A stretch of DNA of 64,000 nucleotides from NCBI GenBank assembly GCA_951406725.2, contig OX597830.1:55862001-55926000 (forward strand). Reading direction: 5' to 3'. This DNA comes from Octopus vulgaris. Its lineage: Eukaryota. Under the pieces are notes generated by a model. It was not told the origin of the DNA. It ran no database searches and was given only the letters and a program-made list of their open reading frames with translations. Of this stretch, positions 1 to 13,125 are shown in pieces; position 1 is the stretch's first letter; each line of letters starts with the position of its first letter. Position numbers and translations under genes: made by a program.

Positions 1-507
1 TTCAAAGTGGACTAAACCTTTCATATCCCACCAAACAGATAACATCACCTAACGTGGGTGACGACCTTCTTTAGCCCGGGGTTCCACCAAGGTGTGCAGG
101 ACATCATTGTTGAGCTCTACAGGTCTTCCAGGACAAGGCTCGTCTTCCAGGCTGTAATTTCCGGCTCGGAATTTCTAGAACCACTGTTGACAATGGCTTA
201 TGCTTATTGTCTGCTCCCCCATATACTGCATTAATATTCCTCACACTCTCCATTGCATTGTTGCCTTTATTGAACTCATAAATCAAAATATGCCAAATAT
301 GCTCCTTTGTAACTTCCATTATAGCTTTGAAAAAATAGCTGTTAAAATCAAACTGCACTCTTCCAAACTTGCACTGAGAATAAGTAAAAAGTTAAAATTA
401 CTACCTGCTTTTATAGCAAGTTGATGCAGATAGTTAATCTCACCCCACTCTCTGACTTTTAGTTCATGCAATTGAAAAAACTGCATTATTTATGGGATGA
501 CCCAATA
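1..507 (-). mobile_element. Mariner (DD34D-type) transposon, 5' part, internally deleted
   Basis: MEVTKEHIWHILIYEFNKGNNA..SVRNINAVYG (mariner HTH), WF.KFRAGNYSLEDEP.PGRP, then jumps to AKEGRHPR*VMLSVWWDMKGLVHFE. TIR tattgggtcatcccataaataatgcag at ~480-507 next to TA. Confidence 0.88.
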
Positions 508-904
508 TATTATATACTGAGCTATAAATACACACAATGGTAAGGCATTGGTTCACCGTATTGTGTCCAAGACACTAAACTATCAGCAGTCCAGTCTACC
601 TAGCTGTAAGTAGAAACCACAATGTGGTATACTTTACTATACTATGTCCTTAACTAAAACACTGTCAACTAAACAGTCCAATCAATCTGGCTGTATATGT
701 AGGTATCACAGTGTGATACACTTCACTGTAATGTGTCCGTGACCAAGACATTTAACTGTCAACAATCCAGTCAACTTATCTACACTGTATGGTGTAGTTT
801 ACAGCAGAACTGATGAGTAACATGTTAACCTGCAGCAGACCAACAACCTTTTCTTTAAATCCAGAGTAAGTTGGAGACCATCATCAGTGACCAATGTGGT
901 AGGG

Positions 905-2264
905 ATTTTGTTGACTACTGCACAGTATAGTAGGGTCAGTTGGGCACCATCAGTGAGAAAAACAGCACCATAACACAATTCTCTTTGCCAAAAATTTGGA
1001 AATGACCTGCTGCATTGCTTGGCATTCACACTAGAAGTTCCAAAACAAACATTTCCGAGTGTTTGGGTGTCAATCTGAGGACAGTGCAGAGGATTCAGAA
1101 TGAGTCGAATGAGCCAAATGGTGATTACGAAACTACAGCAGCTCAGAAAACTCACACTGATTGTTCTGATAAGAAAAGAACTCCTTATACCTACATTCAT
1201 CTTCCCACACGGCTTCAGTCTCAACACGGGGGCCTACATCAAGTGCCTGAAGGAGAGAGTGCTGCCCTGGGTCAAGAGGGTGGCTGCTGGAAGACCCTAT
1301 GTCTGGCAACAAGACTCTGTACCATACCACACAAGCAGGAGAATCCAGTCATGACTCTCCACATTGACAAAAACTCTGTTGTTTTGTGCCTCGTAAAAAG
1401 CACCCAGTTCATGTCCAAAAGTGGTTGACATTAGAAAGAGCATCCTGTCATAGAAACCATGTCAAATCAGACCTTGCAGGTGCTGGTGCCACATAAAAAG
1501 CCCCTAGTCCACTCTGTAAAGGGGTTGGTAATAGGAAGGGAATCCAGTTGCAAAAATAAATAGTAGAGTATGGTGCAATCTTCTGACTTGTCAGCTCCTG
1601 TCAAACTGTCCAACCCATGTCAGCATGGAAAGCGAATACTAAATGATGAGGATGATGGTACTGATGAAATTGTGTGTGTGTGTCTGACTAAAACAAGTAT
1701 AGGATGTTACACAAGCACTCATCTTCCCATGTGGCTTCAGATTCAACACGGGGGCCTACATCAAGTGCCTGGAGGAGAGAGTGCTGCCCTGGGTCAAGAG
1801 GGAGGCTGCTGGAAGACCCTATGTCTGGCAACAGGACTCTGCACCATGCCACACAAGCAAGAGAACCCAGTCATGGCTGTCAGACAATTTTTGCAACCAC
1901 ATCACCTCTAACATCTGACCCACCCCCTAACTCCCCAGACTGCAATCCCCTTGATTATTACAGGTGGAGCGTAGTTGAATGAGAGACCAACAAAACTCTT
2001 TGCAACACCAAAGATGAACTGAAGGCAAAGTTATGGCAGCATTCACTGACTTAAACAAGGAAACCGTTCAGAAGAGTTTCAGGAGATTCCAAAGTTGTCT
2101 GGAGGCCATGGTTGAAGCCAATAGCAATTATATTGAATAAATTTACTCTTTAGTATTTCAAGATATTTTAATGTAATTTTGGTAAATATATTTGTTAAAA
2201 TAAGGTGCTAGTGTTATTTTCATTTTTGCGTAATTTAGACGACAGTTTATTCGCTGCACCCTAT
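905..2264 (+). mobile_element. Tc1/mariner DD37D (maT-type) relic, interrupted by an RTE tail and partly duplicated
   Basis: FIFPHG..LN..AYIKCL...VLPWVKRVAAGRPYVWQQDS.P.HTSRR (present twice) and NSPDCNPLDYY. Right TIR gtttattcgctgcacccta at ~2245-2263. Same family as 48589-49442. Confidence 0.85.
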
Positions 2265-2875
2265 ACACTGCCAGACCTCCCTTAACAGGTTCCCTAATGA
2301 CCCTACATGAATGAAAGGAACTTTCATGTAATCACCTGACCTGGGTTGTTGTTGGTGGTGGTGTTTTCTAATCCTAAATCAACCCCAATCAAGCAGATCT
2401 ATAATGAAAGGCATTCCAACAGTGGCCACTGCCAGCTTCCCCCCACCTCCCAACCCATGTATAGTGTGCCCTTCTCATTTTAAAAGACTGTAGAGGGAGA
2501 TTTGGCAGCAAATTCCTGTAGGTCATAGAACCCCATGGAGGTAGGCTGCTACTTCTTGTGGATGAAATAACTACTTAGTGGCTTTTCCTAGTTTCCTAGG
2601 GAAGACGTTCTTACTGTGATAGGGTTAAATTTAGGGTTTCAGCACATTCCTTACTTTGAAATGTATCTCTACTGCAATGTTGAGCAACCCAGTCTTATAT
2701 TACAGATTTGGTAGAGGTGGTGGAGGTGAAGATGTTTAGGGAAAGAAGAAGGCGGGGAACACAAAGGGGTTTTGTTGAGAATCCCCTTCAAACATAGTAG
2801 TTGACTCTAACCTTGATTGTTCTGTGTTTAATTCTTGCTTGGATAAAATTTGCTGTTTGTCTACCCTTGTAGGGT

Positions 2876-3180
2876 GGCTACCATGACAATCAGTTACCAT
2901 AATAACTGGTAACCATGGCAACAGGAACCACATCAGGTTACCAAAATAACAAATAGTGACCATAACAACGACCATAGTAACAAATAGCCACAACAACTAG
3001 TAACAAATGATAACAATGGCAACGGGTAACTATAGCAACCAATAAAGTGACTGTGATAACTGAAAACAGGTAACTATGGCAACCAGTCAGCACAACATCA
3101 GGTTACCAGGGCAACTGGTAACCATAACAAATGGTGATCATGGCAACAGGTAATCACAACAACTGGTATCCATGGTAACT
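2876..3180. repeat. Degenerate 16-bp minisatellite of RFX X-box-like units
   Basis: Units such as GTAACCATGGCAAC (2909), GTAACTATAGCAAC (3026), GTAACTATGGCAAC (3070), GTTACCAGGGCAAC (3102), GTGATCATGGCAAC (3134), GTATCCATGGTAAC (3166). 16-nt register at 2877/2893/2909 and 3102-3166. Confidence 0.8.
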
Positions 3181-3504
3181 GGAATTAAGGTATAAGAAGA
3201 AAACAGTCTTATGGTTCAACCAGCACAAGTAAGAAGACCCCACAGGACAATTTCCTACAGAATGATTTGAACTTTCAGCATATAGACTTAGCCTTTCACC
3301 TATTTTCCATATGCAGAGAGGTGTGGGGGGGGGGGGGCAATGACGAGTGTTTTATGGTTTGAAGACAGGTTAGAAACCAAGAGAAGAACAAATTATGTTT
3401 AAGATAACAAAAACAGTAGGCAATAAGCACAAATTAATTAAAAAAAAAAACTTTTAAAAATTCACAGGAACACTGGAGAGCAGAGGAAATAATTTTTGGT
3501 AGGG

Positions 3505-4145
3505 AAGGTGATGGGGGATGACAGTGGTGATGGGGTGGTGATATAGTAATGGTGTGGTGGACGGTAGGTGAGTGCGGTGGTGGTGGTGGTGAGTGTGGCA
3601 GCATTGTGGTGGTGTGATAATTTAGTGGTGGTGTGGTTAGTGACTGTGGTGGTAAGTGTGGTGGTGAGGTGATTTGGTGAGTGTGGTGGTGGAGGAGGCG
3701 GTGGTGGTGGTAGCAAAATGGTGAAAATGTAGCAGTGTTTTGGGAAGTTTTGTAGTGGTGGTTAAGTGAGCGTAGGGACATAGTAGTGTCATGGTGGTGG
3801 TGATGGTGGTGGTGGTAGTGGTGGTGATAGTGGTGGTGGTAGTGGTGGTGATCAAGGGAGTGCAGTGCCTAGGTAAGTGATGTTGTTGTGCTGGTGGTGG
3901 TGGTAGTGGTGGTGGCAAAATGGTGAAAATGCTGTAGAGTTTCATAAGTTTTGTAGTGAGAAGTGGTTAAATGAGTGTAGGGACACAGTAGTGTGGTGGT
4001 GGTGGTGGTCAAGGGAGTGCAGTGGCCAGGTAAGTGATCTTGTGGTGTTGGTGATGACTGAGTGAGTGTCATGTGCTGGTGGTAGTTGTTGGTTGGCAGT
4101 GACAGTGGTTAGGTGAACATAGCCATGCTTGGTGGTCATGTGGTG
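3505..4145. repeat. (TGG)n-rich low-complexity tract with a ~200-bp internal duplication
   Basis: gcaaaatggtgaaaatg...gtagggaca.agtagtgt...tcaagggagtgcagtg...aggtaagtgat occurs at ~3713-3880 and ~3915-4040. Confidence 0.8.
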
Positions 4146-4657
4146 AGAGAAACAACAGACAACAGAGGGCTTAACTGTTCATATCTGACGTGGTGGTCAC
4201 ATGTGAATGACAGAAAAGAAGGAAAAGAAATTGGCGATGGGACAAAAACAAAGGCAAAAAATACAACGGGTGTTTTATGGGAGCGCCGGCAACAGTGGAG
4301 GAATGGTAGGTGAGGAATATATCTGCAACTAATGCTGCAGACTTCACTCATAAACAGTAACTAGAAGCACACACAGTTTACAATAATCCCTAACTATTGT
4401 ACTTGAAACACCTTACAACTACATATACACACATATATATATTACCCCACACTTCACATACACATACACATATACATATGCATTTATAAACACAAATATA
4501 TGCATATACATATATAAGTATATACATATACACACATATATATATAGACACACACATATATATACATAAACATACACACACACACACATATGCAGACACA
4601 TAAATACATATGTATTTATAAAAGCCTACAAATATATGCATATACATATATATAGAC

Positions 4658-4772
<115 letters not shown>

Positions 4773-5058
4773 TATATACATACATTACTTATTTCACATA
4801 CATTACTTATTTCACACATACATTACTTATTTCAGACACAGGATGTGGTCATGCTGGAGTATGCATTATACCCTACTACATTACAGTAAAACCATAGCAT
4901 CATACTATACACACAACAGTAAGCTACAAGCATTGCACTACACCACACATTATTGCTCTGATGGTTTATCATTGGCCACAAGAGTAACGCAGGTAAACAA
5001 GCATTACCATTATAACAATATAATTACAAACATTAGGGTGAGTGAGTGAGTGTGCATG

Positions 5059-5094
<36 letters not shown>

Positions 5095-5445
5095 AGTGTA
5101 TATGTATGTATTTATATACTTACCAATTCACACACACACACACATATATGTATATATATATATCTAAACAAATTCAAATTTCCATTTCACTTAAGAGATG
5201 CAAAGACAACACTACCAAAACACAATGCATTTGGACAATTCTTCTGAACCTAAACAACTGACACTCACTAAAGACAAGTGCTCCAGCATGGTTTTGTCCT
5301 TAGTAACCAAAACAACCTTGACAACTAAATAAGTGAAGCACACTTAACTTCAAATTCTCTTCCCCTGTCCAGCTGCAAAACTTCAGACATTTCACCAGAA
5401 GTGGGAGGAATGTGAAGGAAAAAAAAAACAAAGTCGTCGGCTTAC

Positions 5446-5580
5446 CTTGAGTCTTGCAGCCTGGTGGAAATAGGACGAACAAATGCTTTTCCGTGCAACA
5501 TCCCAGTCGTTTCCACAGGAGATCAAATCCATCTTCTGTTGGTCCATAATCTCTTTCAGCTGTTGCCGTACTTCTCGCAC
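5446..5580 (-). CDS. DHX38: DHX38/PRP16 internal exon (135 nt, phase 0 to 0)
   Basis: cttgtttcag|[45 protein letters not shown]|gtaag. Directly continues KAMRK as in DHX38 (KAMRKVREVR.QLK.IM.QQ...SCG.DWD..RK.IC..YFHQAA.LK). Confidence 0.96.
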
Positions 5581-6786
5581 CTGAAACAAGAACGATACCG
5601 TTAACAAAGGTACGTGTATTTGACTACAATCTTCCAGAGATACCTACCAAAGGGGACATATGTTTTTGTTGTTGTTGCAAAAGATCCTTCATTGCTCATA
5701 TAATTGTTGTTGTTGTTGTTGTTGTTGTTGTTATTGTTTAGCCCGAGGTCAGGTTCTAATCTGGCAGATTTATGATCAAAGATATTCCAGACATGGCCAT
5801 ATTGCCTTGCTACAACTTACCTCAGACTATACTGTCCAACTTGTCCTTCTTTTGTTAAGATGATATGATGTGATGTGATCAGAGGGAAATTTTGCAGCTG
5901 TTTCTAGCATAGAGGTTTCTCTCATTGGCTCAGTTGTTTTGTTGTGGTTATTATTGTTGTTGTTGTTGGGGGGGATAACAGTGGTGGTGTTGTATAATAT
6001 GCATATTGTTGTTTAGTCTGTTGTCATCCTTGATTAAGTGACTACACTGTCTTTTTCCCAAACAGAGGCCTATATTTAACCTAATGTGTCCTTCATTTTC
6101 TAAGGCAGAAAAGTGTAATCTGAAGGATATCTAGCTACTATTTCTAGTAAATGATGTGAGCACATGCTAACACATGACTATAACACTACAGTAAACATGG
6201 TTGTTAACACTGTGCAACTAAGACTACATAGTGAGTTGAAAGACTTCAATTAATTGAAATTATCCATGCAACTGGTAAACAAAATCTTTTTAGGCCAGTT
6301 TAAAATCTAAAAGTAACAACCAAGGGAAATAATTCCATTAAGATCAAGCGATTGAAATTTTAAGCAAATATAAACTATGTATATAGGAGAGAATCTCATC
6401 CTTAAATGCTTCTGTCAGACTAGGCCTCCTCAGTGAAGCACAGCTGTGTGATTAAGAAGTTCAGTTTCCAACTATGTGGTTTCAAGTTCAGTCTCATAGC
6501 ACAGTGCTTTGGGAAAGTTGTCTTCTATAATAGAAGCTTTACAAGTAGATTTGGAAGTCAAAAACTAAAAAGAAACCCATTATGTGCATGTGTATGTGAG
6601 TGTGTGTGTCTGTGTGTGTCTGGAGTGTTTGTGGTGTGTGTTAACGTTTCTTTGTCTTAATATAACATGCCAATTTTAAACAAAATATCGCCATCGTACA
6701 TGCAAAACTGTTTGTTTACAAACTGCCATGAAAATGTAGAGGAGACCAGGTGCAAATAATATTGCTTTTTTTTGTTTTTGCCATGT

Positions 6787-6964
6787 GTAGGGGTGGCTGT
6801 GTGGTAAGTAGCTTGCTTACCAACCACATGGTTCCGGGTTCAGCCCCACTGCGTGGCACCTTGGGCAAGTGTCTTCTACTATAGCCTCGGGCTGACCAAA
6901 GCCTTGTGAGTGGATTTGGTAGACGGAAACTGAAAGAAGCCTGTCGTATATATGTATATGTATA

Positions 6965-7003
<39 letters not shown>

Positions 7004-7205
7004 TTGTGTGTCTGTGTTTGTCGCCCCCCACCCAACATCATTTGACAACCGATACTGGTGTGTTTACGTCCCTGTAACTTAGCGGTTCGGCAAAAGAGAC
7101 CGATAGAATAAGTACTATGCTTACAACGAATAAGTCCTGGGGTCGATTTGCTCGACTAAAGGCGGTGGCCACAGTCAAATGACTGAAACAAGTAAGAGAG
7201 AGAGT
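6787..7205 (+). mobile_element. tRNA-derived SINE family A (probably an octopus OR-type SINE), near full length
   Basis: Head with A-box tggctgtgtggt and B-box ggttcagccc, internal (TA/TG)n tract, 3' part ending gactgaaacaagta(agag)n. Many copies in the window; the family name is from memory and unverified. Confidence 0.85.
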
Positions 7206-7249
7206 AAAATAACCACATGCCCTATATAACTAATTCTTCACTTCAGCTT

Positions 7250-7450
7250 TATTATTACGTCCACCTTATGACAGGCATTGTTTTCAGTCGTGTTTGTTTG
7301 TCCGTGGACAAGATATGTCAAGAACCACTGGATGGATTCGGATGAAACTTTCAGGGACATTTGGCCTTGTGACTGGCACGGTCTCATTAGATTTTGAGAT
7401 CAACCCAGTACCGGACAAGGATTCTGGATTATTTTTCCGATTTCTTTTAC
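7250..7450 (+). mobile_element. Helentron-associated (HINE/DINE-like) non-autonomous element fragment
   Basis: ttattacgtccacc...gttttcagtcgtgtttgtttgtccgtg..caagatat.tcaagaacc.ctggatggattcggatgaaacttt resembles the typical HINE 5' architecture. Assigned by pattern only. Confidence 0.5.
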
Positions 7451-8774
7451 TTTACATGTATATGTATAGTTTCACATAGTTCTCTTGTACATGCACATAC
7501 ATACACACATATTTTCAGCATTGAACATTACCATCCCATTTCCATTGTACACACACATATGCATGCACAAACATACCTCTCTTTTACACACACATATACT
7601 CACACTTCAAACACTGTTTATTAGCCTTTTCACTCCTTCCTTCATTATTCATCTATCACCCCATTCTTTCTCATTCGTACGACACTCTCTTTGCCACTTC
7701 ATTTCATCTTTCTCATTGTTATTACTTTCTCTCACTCCCTCTCAGTCGTGGCTATTACTCTCACTACTTCTCCTACACTGTATTAGTATTTCATCTCCTT
7801 TCCCTTCACCTCTCACTCAATATATATATATTTGGATTATTTCACAGTTTGAGAACAGTCAAGTTCAGTTTTAGTATTCTTGTTTGTGAGAGCAGTCCAG
7901 TTTACTTCAGATATTCTCATTTTAAAAATCATCTCCAGCTAATCGTTGAGAATATGTTGATGTTGCCTTGGCAGAAGTTTGTGCTCTCTGAGTGCTCTTG
8001 TTATTCTTATTTTAGTGTCCTTTGTCTGAAATCTTTCGTAACACATCCTGTGACCTCTTCAGTAACCCTCCATCCCACGTGTCTCCTCCTGTTCTCTTTA
8101 ACTCATTCTGTTTTTCTGAAAATAATACTTTGCTTAAAAACTGATGAGGATTGGCAACAGGGAGTGCATCCAACCATAGAAAGTCTGCTGCAAAACTTGT
8201 CTAACCCATGGAAGCATGGAAATGTAAACATGAAAACAATGATAATAATGAAAACCATTATCATCATCATCTTGAGAAATAGAGGGTTTATAGCAGACTA
8301 ACAAAAAACTGCCTCAGAGGAACATTTTAAATTGCTAATGCTACAATATACTATAGGAAACATGACAGTCCCCACGAATGTGGTTTTGAGTTCAGTGCTA
8401 ATGCATGGTACCTTGAGCAGGTGTCTTCTGTATAACCCCAGGCCAGCTAAAGCCTTGTGAGTGGATCAGGTAGATAGAAACTGAAAGAAGCCCAGTCAAG
8501 CCAAGTGAAATCATAGTCAGGGCTGTTGCCAACGTCATGTAAATGGCACCCGTGCCGTTGGCATGTGAAAAACATCCATTAGACTCTCAGAGTGGTTGGC
8601 GTTAGGAAGTGCATCGAGTCATAAAAACTATGCCAAATCAGATTGGAAGCTGGTGCAGCCCTCTGGCTTACCAGTTCCAGTCAAACCATCCAACCCATGC
8701 CAGCATGGAAAGCGGACATTAAATGATGATGATGATGATGTGTGTATGTGTATACTCTTTTACTCTTTACTCTT

Positions 8775-9172
8775 TTACTTGTTTCAGTCATTTTAACTGC
8801 GGCCATGCTGGAGCACCGCCTTTAGTCGAGCAAATCGACCCCGGGACTTATTCTTTGTAAGCCCAGTACTTATTCTATCGGTCTCTTTTGCCGAACCGCT
8901 AAGTGACGGGGACGTAAACACACCAGCATCGGTTGTCAAGCAATGCTAGGGGGACAAACACAGCAGACACACAAACACACACATACATACACATATATAC
9001 ATATATACGACAGGCTTCTTTCAGTTTCCGTCTACCAAATCCACTCACAAGGCATTGGTCGGCCCGGGGCTATAGCAGAAGACACTTGCCCAAGATGCCA
9101 CGCAGTGGGACTGAACCCGGGACCATGTGGTTGGTTAGCAAGCTACTTACCACACAGCCACTCCTACGCCTA
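8775..9172 (-). mobile_element. SINE family A, full length, inverted relative to 6787-7205
   Basis: Reverse complement of the family A head and tail, with a (tactctt)n tail at ~8772-8800. Confidence 0.88.
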
Positions 9173-9323
9173 TATTTGAAAATAAAATACATCACTGTGT
9201 CATGCATGGTTACGGGAAGCACAAACGAATTAGTAATGAACACACGCATATACACACAGAGGTGTTATATTGTTATGATATTCGCAGGTGACAACAGATT
9301 GGCAATGTTTATAAAACACTCAC

Positions 9324-9378
9324 CTTTCTCATGGCTTTTATGTGTATGAAATGTTCATTGCACCAGTTCGCTGAGTAG
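9324..9378 (-). CDS. DHX38: DHX38/PRP16 internal exon (55 nt, phase 2 to 0)
   Basis: ccccgtag|C TAC TCA GCG AAC TGG TGC AAT GAA CAT TTC ATA CAC ATA AAA GCC ATG AGA AAG|gtgagt = (G)YSANWCNEHFIHIKAMRK. It completes the GG left by the previous exon and matches DHX38 YS..WC..HFIH.KAMRK. Confidence 0.95.
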
Positions 9379-9928
9379 CTACGGGGTAGAAAAAAAAATA
9401 ATAATAATTTATGAAGATTGACATAACACTTCACAAAGGTAGATTATATAATTAGAAGAGCAATAAGTCATATATAATAAAACAAAAATGGACTTTGTTT
9501 AATGAAAACTATATTTTCGTTTTCATTCTTCATCTTATTTTGAAGAAGATATAGTGTTGAAATACTGTTCAGTTCAATAAGCAAATTCAATCCGTGTTAA
9601 ATTACAATTTGAATCATTCTCTTCTAATTGTATGATAATAAGAATGATAACAAACAATAATAATAATCTTTTCTACTAATGGCACAAAGCCTGAAATTTG
9701 GGGGTAGAGGACTAGTCAATTGCACTGACCCCAATACTAAAAGGCAAAATCAACCTCACAGAATTTGCACTCAGAACATAAAACCAGAAGAAAGAAATGT
9801 CGCTCAGTATTTTGTCCAGAGTGCTAACAATGCAGCCAGCTGAACACCTTTATAATAATGATGATGATGATGATAAAAAGATATATATATATATATAAAC
9901 ATACACACACACACACAAACATATTTGT

Positions 9929-11428
9929 ATACAAGGTGCATCAATTCTTTTGAGGATCCCTCTTTCAAGAGCACTTTCTTCTAACTTATATTTTTTTTTT
10001 TTTACCTTACTTTTCAGATAAATGATATCTGGCATCAGGGTGACTCAGCAAATGAAAAGGCAAACTGTAATCATTGCCTGAAAAACACCACATAATGCCA
10101 CAGAGATAGCCCACATCCTGAGAGCTCCCAAATCCTGTGTTGTCAATGTTCAAAAAGATCTGGAAGCTGCCGATGGGGATCCAACATCAGCAGCTAAATG
10201 CAAAACACATGCACAGAGTTTTAATACCTATTTCTTAACTACCCACAAGGGGCTAAACACAAGGGGCTAAACCAACAAGGACAGACAAAGGGATTAAGTC
10301 GATTACATCGACCCCAGTGCACAACTGGTACTTAATTTATCAACTCCGAAAGGATGAAAGGCAAAATCGACCTTGGCGGAATTTGAACTCAGAACGTAAC
10401 GGCAGACGAAATACAGCTACGCATTTTGCCTGGCATGCTAATGTTTCTGCCAGCTCACCGCCTTACAGAGTTTTAAAAGTATCAGAACACATAATTTTGT
10501 GCTAAAAGCCCCAAAAATAATAAAATACCTGAAAAGTCAACCAGAGCCATTGCAAAGGACTTCAAGTTTTCAAAATGCACCACTAGAAGAGTTGTACATG
10601 AGGGCATCTGGTACAAGTCATATGTGATGCAGAAGGGTCAGTTTATGTCAGATTAACAAGAGAATGATTTTGATCCATGCAAAGCACTTGGTAAATGAGT
10701 TTAAACACCAAGAGGCTGGAATACTTTGGATTTTCTATGATGAGAAAAATTTCGATCAGAACCAGAAGATAAACCAAAGGAAACACAGATGGTTATGCAG
10801 AGACACAAATGAGGTTTCACAAGTCATACATACTAAATTCCCAGCAACTGTGACGGTTGTGGGAGTCATCAGCAATGAGGAAGATGTCATGCCACCTCAC
10901 TTTTTTTCACAGGGCCCTGTCTACACAGAGGTGTTGGAAAAAGCTGTAAGGCTTTGGATGGATAGAATATGCAACAGAAGACCATACATCTTCCAACAAG
11001 ACTCGGCACTGTCTCATAAGGCTAAGACAATTCAAGCATGGCTGCATGCCAATCTCCATAATGATGATGTTCTAGATACATGTCCTTCTCGCTCACCAGA
11101 CCTCAATCCACTGGACTATTATGTATGAGGTATCATTTAGAGAGAGGTCAATCATCACCCCATGACACAACGTAAACCTTACATCCACCATAACCAGCAC
11201 TATGTCCAAAATGAATAAAGATTATCTGATTAGGGCTGTCAACACTCCTGATCCTGTATTGAAGCAGTCTTTGATGCTAATGTTGGATTCATTGACTAGG
11301 TGTGATAAAAGGATTCTCAAGAATATTTGTACCAATTTGTTTTCAAATACAGCATTTCTTTGATGAGCTATGTGTCCTTTTCCAAATACATACAAATGAC
11401 CTCAAAAAACTGATGCATCATCCTGTGT
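9929..11428 (+). mobile_element. Tc1/mariner DD37D (maT) transposon, near full length, defective
   Basis: ORF 10664-11128: WIFYDEKNF...FQQD-(37 aa)-D in SPDLNPLDYYV (37 residues counted by hand). Imperfect TIRs acaaggtgcatcaattcttttgagg / cctcaaaaaactgatgcatcatcctgt. Confidence 0.88.
10225..10464 (-). mobile_element. tRNA-derived SINE family B (probably octopus OK-type) inserted in the maT element
   Basis: Head ggcggtgagctggcagaa...gagttcaaattcc (B-box). 12-bp TSD acagagttttaa at 10213-10224 and 10465-10476. Confidence 0.88.
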
Positions 11429-11486
11429 ATGTATGCGTGTGTGTGTGTGTGTATGTATGTATATATATATATACATATATATATAT

Positions 11487-11487
<1 letters not shown>

Positions 11488-11565
<78 letters not shown>
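11488..11565. repeat. (GATA)n microsatellite
   Basis: Pure tagatagatag run. A larger degenerate (TATC)n tract lies at ~17430-17838. Dozens of (TA)n/(CA)n/(GA)n tracts are not listed individually. Confidence 0.95.
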
Positions 11566-11584
11566 CACATACACATAGAGTAGT

Positions 11585-11992
11585 GGGGGAAGGGGCTTTC
11601 ATGTAAGAAATTTGCTTCCTGACTACATGGTTCCAGGTTCAGTCCCACTCAGTGGTACCTTGGGCTACTGTCTTCAACTACAACCTCAGGCCAACTAAAA
11701 GTATTGTGAGTGGATCTGGTAGACAGAAACTAAAAAAAGCCCATCATATATATATAAATATATGCATATGGATGTATGTGTGTGTGTGTGTGTGTTTGTT
11801 GCCCAGCGCCATTTGACAACCAGTGCTTGTATGCTTATGTCTCCATAACTTAGTGGTTCAGCAAACAGTGCTTACGATAAGTACCAGGCTTTAAAATAAA
11901 ATAAGTACCAGGTTCAATTCATTCATACAACTAAAATTCTTCAAGGTAGTACCCCAGTATGGCCACAGCCTAATAACTGAAACAAGTAATAG
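11585..11992 (+). mobile_element. SINE family A, diverged copy
   Basis: acatggttccaggttcagtccc...gtgagtggatctggtagacagaaact...actgaaacaagta. Confidence 0.75.
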
Positions 11993-12012
11993 ATAAAAGG
12001 TGTGTGTGCGTG

Positions 12013-12048
<36 letters not shown>

Positions 12049-12269
12049 CCGAGCGTGGCCGTCTGCCAGCCTCGTCTGGCACCTGTGTCGGTGGCACATA
12101 AAATCACCCACTACACTCTTGGAGTGGTTGGCGTTAGGAAGGGCATCCAGCTGTAGAAACACTGCCAGATCTGACTGGCCTGGTGCAGCCTTCGGGCTTG
12201 CCAGACCCCAGTTGAACCGTCCAACCCATGCTAGCATGGAAAGCGGACGTTAAACGATGATGATGATGA

Positions 12270-12302
<33 letters not shown>

Positions 12303-12305
<3 letters not shown>

Positions 12306-12893
12306 TGGGCCATCCCATAAATAATACGGTTTTTTTATATTTCTTTTTAATATAAGAAGAAATATATCTATTTTTATATTAAAAAATATAAGATAAACTA
12401 AGATAAACAAAGTTCTTTTTTAATCTAAAATTAAGATAAACAAAGTTCTTTTTTAATCTAAAATATTTTCTCCTTCATTTTCTACACTGCTCTTCCATCA
12501 ATCTGGTAGACTTGCAAGGCCCCTCTTCCAAAATTCACTTATCCGTGATGAAAAATACTCCTCCAGTATAGTTCTGACTTTGAGTACAGAATTCATATTT
12601 TACTCATCCTATTGATTTTTAGGACTATGAAATAAATGGTAATCAGATAGGGCAATGTCCAGCAAATATATAGCTGGTGGGACATCATTTCCCATTCAAA
12701 ATGTTTCAGCCTTTGGAATACCATCCTCGCTGTGTGTAGCCAAGCATTATCCTGATGGAAGAACACCTTTCATCTTGAAACCAAAAATGGTCATTTTTCT
12801 TCTAGTGTTGACTTAAGCCGCTCAAGCTGCTCACAGTAGATCTCCTTTGTTATCATTTGGTTTGGGTTTAAAAGTTCAAAATGGACTAAACCT
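12303..12893 (-). mobile_element. Mariner transposon 3' part (same family as 1-507), pseudogenised
   Basis: TIR tattgggccatcccataaataatacgg at 12303. The minus strand encodes GLVHFELLNPNQMITKEIYCEQLERLK...FHQDNAW.HTAR...SDYHLF, with stops. Confidence 0.85.
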
Positions 12894-12894
12894 G

Positions 12895-13125
12895 GACTGA
12901 TGGTCAGACCAAAGAATCTGGATGCCTTGACAAAATGGATGACAATGATCTAGAGGTGATTTTCCTTGTGGGCCATGAGGGCAGAGTCATCTGCGAAGAG
13001 GGCTTCGAGGATGAGCTTTTCCTTAATCTTCATTTTGGCGGTGTAGGTCAAATATGGAACCATTATTTCAGTACTTGATGTACATACCCAGATCGAGGTT
13101 CTTCACAGCAGGTCCTCCTCCATAC
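12895..13125 (-). mobile_element. Non-LTR (RTE-like) reverse transcriptase fragment
   Basis: Minus strand KLILEALFADDSALMAHKENHL*IIVIHFVKASRFFGLTIS, containing the RT (F/Y)ADD motif followed by GL.IS. Confidence 0.8.

Noticed and set aside
2736-2875. Protein-like minus ORF tail (DKQQILSKQELN...FVFPAFFFP) as the next DHX38 exon
   Set aside because: It does not match the expected GIGEYVN..TG.PCHLHP continuation in any frame, and the acceptor is weak.
3434-4139. His/Thr/Pro-rich ORFs resembling mucin or extensin
   Set aside because: They arise from (CCA)n low complexity, are open in several frames, and lack coherent start or splice structure.
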